A program made the translations under genes and the position numbers. The notes under the pieces are model-generated. The model saw nothing but the letters and a program-made list of their open reading frames with translations. It did no database searches and was not told the DNA's origin. Positions 61,488-64,000 of a stretch of 64,000 bases of DNA are shown here, one piece after another (the first letter of the stretch is position 1; the number at the start of each line of letters is the position of its first letter). The DNA is from Malacoraja senta (taxonomy: Eukaryota). The DNA is taken from positions 3,534,001 to 3,598,000 of the forward strand of contig CM075991.1 of NCBI GenBank assembly GCA_038087875.1, given 5' to 3'.

Positions 61488-62704
61488 ACAAACTTATCCT
61501 GGTCAGCTGGTGATGAGTTGGGCCGAAGGGTCTCTCTCCATGCTGTTTTGTGGTTTCAATGGTTTCTTGATTGTCACGTGCACCAGGAACAGTCAAAAAT
61601 ATTTTTTGCATCCCTTCAGTGAGATATGATGTTCATGTGCTGTACTGTTTTCAGTTTATGTAACATTATCTCAATCGGTGCTCGGTGACGTGTTTCAACT
61701 TCAGAGTTATGTCTTGAATTTTATTAAGGAAAAAAATATATATTTGCATTGCAATAAATCAGCCCAGGGCTTCTGTGCACGCAGCTGGTCTGAAGTTGGA
61801 AAGGGAGGTGAAAATGGTGTGGGTGCTGAGAGTGGTATTTGTGGGAGTCATTGATCCCGTCAATACTTCTCGGTTGTTACGTCAAGAGGAAATTAGAAAC
61901 TAGGCTACGAGGCGCAGGAAACCTTGGGGGGAAAGAAATGTCACAGGAGGAGGCACGTTGGTGCAGCGGCAGAGTTGGTGCCTTACAACGCCAGAGACTC
62001 TGTTTCGATCCTGACTACGGGTGCTGGCTGTACGGAGTTTGTACTGTAAGTTCTCCCTGTGACCTGCGTGGGTTTTCTCCAGGTGCTCCAGTTTCCTCCC
62101 TCATTCCAAAGGAGTACAGGTTTGTAGGTTAATTGGCTTCATTAAAAATTGTAAATTGTCCCTAGTGTGTAGGATAGTGCCAGTGTACGGGTGATTGCTG
62201 GCCGGCACGGACGTGATGGGCTGAAGGGCCTGTTTGCCAGTTCAGTTTATTGCCACGCGTACCGAGGTACAGTGAAACGCTTTTGCTGCACGCTAACCAG
62301 TCAGCGGAAAGGCAATACATGATTACAATCGAGCTATTTACAGTGTACAGATACATGATAAGGCAATAACGTTTAGTGCAAGGTTAAGACTGCAAAGTCT
62401 GAGGGTCCAGAATGAGATAGATAATAGTTTAGGACTGCTCTCTGGTTGCTGTAGGATGGTTCAGTTGCCTGATAGAGTACAGAGTTTGTACGTTCTCCCT
62501 GTGACCGTGTGGGTTTTCTCCAGGTGCTCCGGTTTCCTCCCACACTCCAAAGACGTGTAGGTTTGTAGGTTAATTGGCTTCTGCAAAATTGTAATTTGAC
62601 CCTGATGTGTAGGATAGTGCTGGTGTACAGGGATCGCTGGTCAACATGGACTCGGTGGGCCGAAGGGCCACTTTCTACACTGTATCTCTAAAGACTAAAG
62701 TAAA

Positions 62705-63100
62705 AAAAAATGTTGTCATATGTATCAACAAAGGAACAATGAAATTCTTACTTGCAGCAGCATAACTGGCCTGTAACACAAGACACATAGATAATATATA
62801 ATAAACGAAACTCAATGAATTAGTAAGCCCAATACTAGTGCAAAGGAAAGCCCAAAGTCCATAGTGGAACCAGGGACAATCATCAGTTCACAGGTTAGTG
62901 TTGTGCAGTATTCAACAGCCTGATAGAAGTTGGGAAGAAGCTATTTTTGAAGTTGGTGGACACAGTTTTGAGACTCCTTTACCTTCCTGATGGTAGGAGT
63001 AAAATGAGAACGTGGCCAGGGTAGCGTGAATCTTTGGTGATATTTGCTGCCTTTTTGAGGCAGCGCGTTCTATGGATCCCTTTGATGGTGAAGAGGTCCT
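62705..63100 (-). mobile_element. Rex1/Babar 3' fragment
   Basis: Reverse complement gives IITKDSRYPGH...LPSGR...FKNSFFP-like end. Confidence 0.65.
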
Positions 63101-63151
63101 CACAAAAGATGTTTAGCTGAGTTTAGTTTAGAGATTACCATGCATGCACGA

Positions 63152-63422
63152 AACATGTTCCCGATGTTGGGGGAGTCCAGAACCAGGGGCCACAGTTTAA
63201 GAATAAGGGGTAAGCCATTTAGAACGGAGACGAGGAAACACTTTTTCTCACAGAGAGTTGTGAGTCTGTGGAATTCTCTGCGGTAGAGGCCGGTTTTCTG
63301 GATACTTTCAAGAGAGAGCTGGATAGGTCTCTTAAAGATAGGGGATATGGGGAGAAGGCAGGAACGGGGTACTGAATGGAGATGATCAGCCATGATCACA
63401 TTGAATGGCGGTGCTGGCTCGA
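63152..63422 (+). mobile_element. CR1 3' fragment
   Basis: MFPMLGESRTRGHSLRIRG-type sequence and 3' UTR. Confidence 0.85.
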
Positions 63423-64000
63423 ATATTATCTATTGCCTTTTGTATCTATACACTGTGAATGGCTCGATTGTAATCATGTATTGTCTTTCCGCTGACTGGT
63501 TAGCACACAACAAATGCTTTTCACTGTAGCTCGGTACACGTGACAATAAACTAAACTGGGAAACAGGACCTTCGGCCCACCGAGTCCGTGCCGACCAGCG
63601 ATTACCCATACACCAGCACTATCCAATACACTAGGGGCAATTTTCAATTTTTATGGAGGCCTATTAACCTACAAACCTGTAGGATTTGGAATGTGGGGGG
63701 AAACCGGAGCACCTGGGGAAAACCCACATGGTCACAAACAAGCCTGTACAGGCACATTGTTATATATTTGTGTAACAATCAGAAATGTGGGGGTTCTGTG
63801 TAGGACACTCCTGGAAAACAATTGACGGGGGAGGAAAATGTAACAGCACTTTGGAGCTACTCACCCAGGCTACTCCAGCAATATCCACCGAAAGCCCACA
63901 GCATTGACCATGAAGAAACTCCAGAGCGTTGAGTCCATGGGAGGAACACCACCGCCTGCAGCTTCCCCCAAAACCCCCGCATCATCCTGACTAGGAAAAA

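Overview
Repeat-dense vertebrate DNA, most likely from a cartilaginous fish (skate/ray-like; inferred from HE1/V-SINE and CR1/HER1-type repeats). It is mostly intron of one minus-strand host gene: I recognise a single 154-nt ZMAT4-like zinc-finger exon (26370-26523). The rest is largely nested mobile DNA: a decayed DIRS retrotransposon (1-3047), CR1 LINEs (one with a 579-aa open RT frame), Rex1/Babar, L2, L1 and RTE pieces, dozens of tRNA-derived V-SINEs, Penelope GIY-YIG remnants, PIF/Harbinger-type MITEs, hAT MITEs and a 17-bp minisatellite. There are two 200-N assembly gaps. The most interesting signal is roughly 25 copies of a short Penelope-derived unit carrying a minimal hammerhead-ribozyme-like motif (CTGAAGA-A-GGGTCTCGACCC-GAAACGTC). 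Several are 115-140 bp stand-alone insertions with their own target-site duplications, suggesting a non-coding, ribozyme-bearing retroelement family. Family assignments come from motif recognition by eye; no database searches were run.
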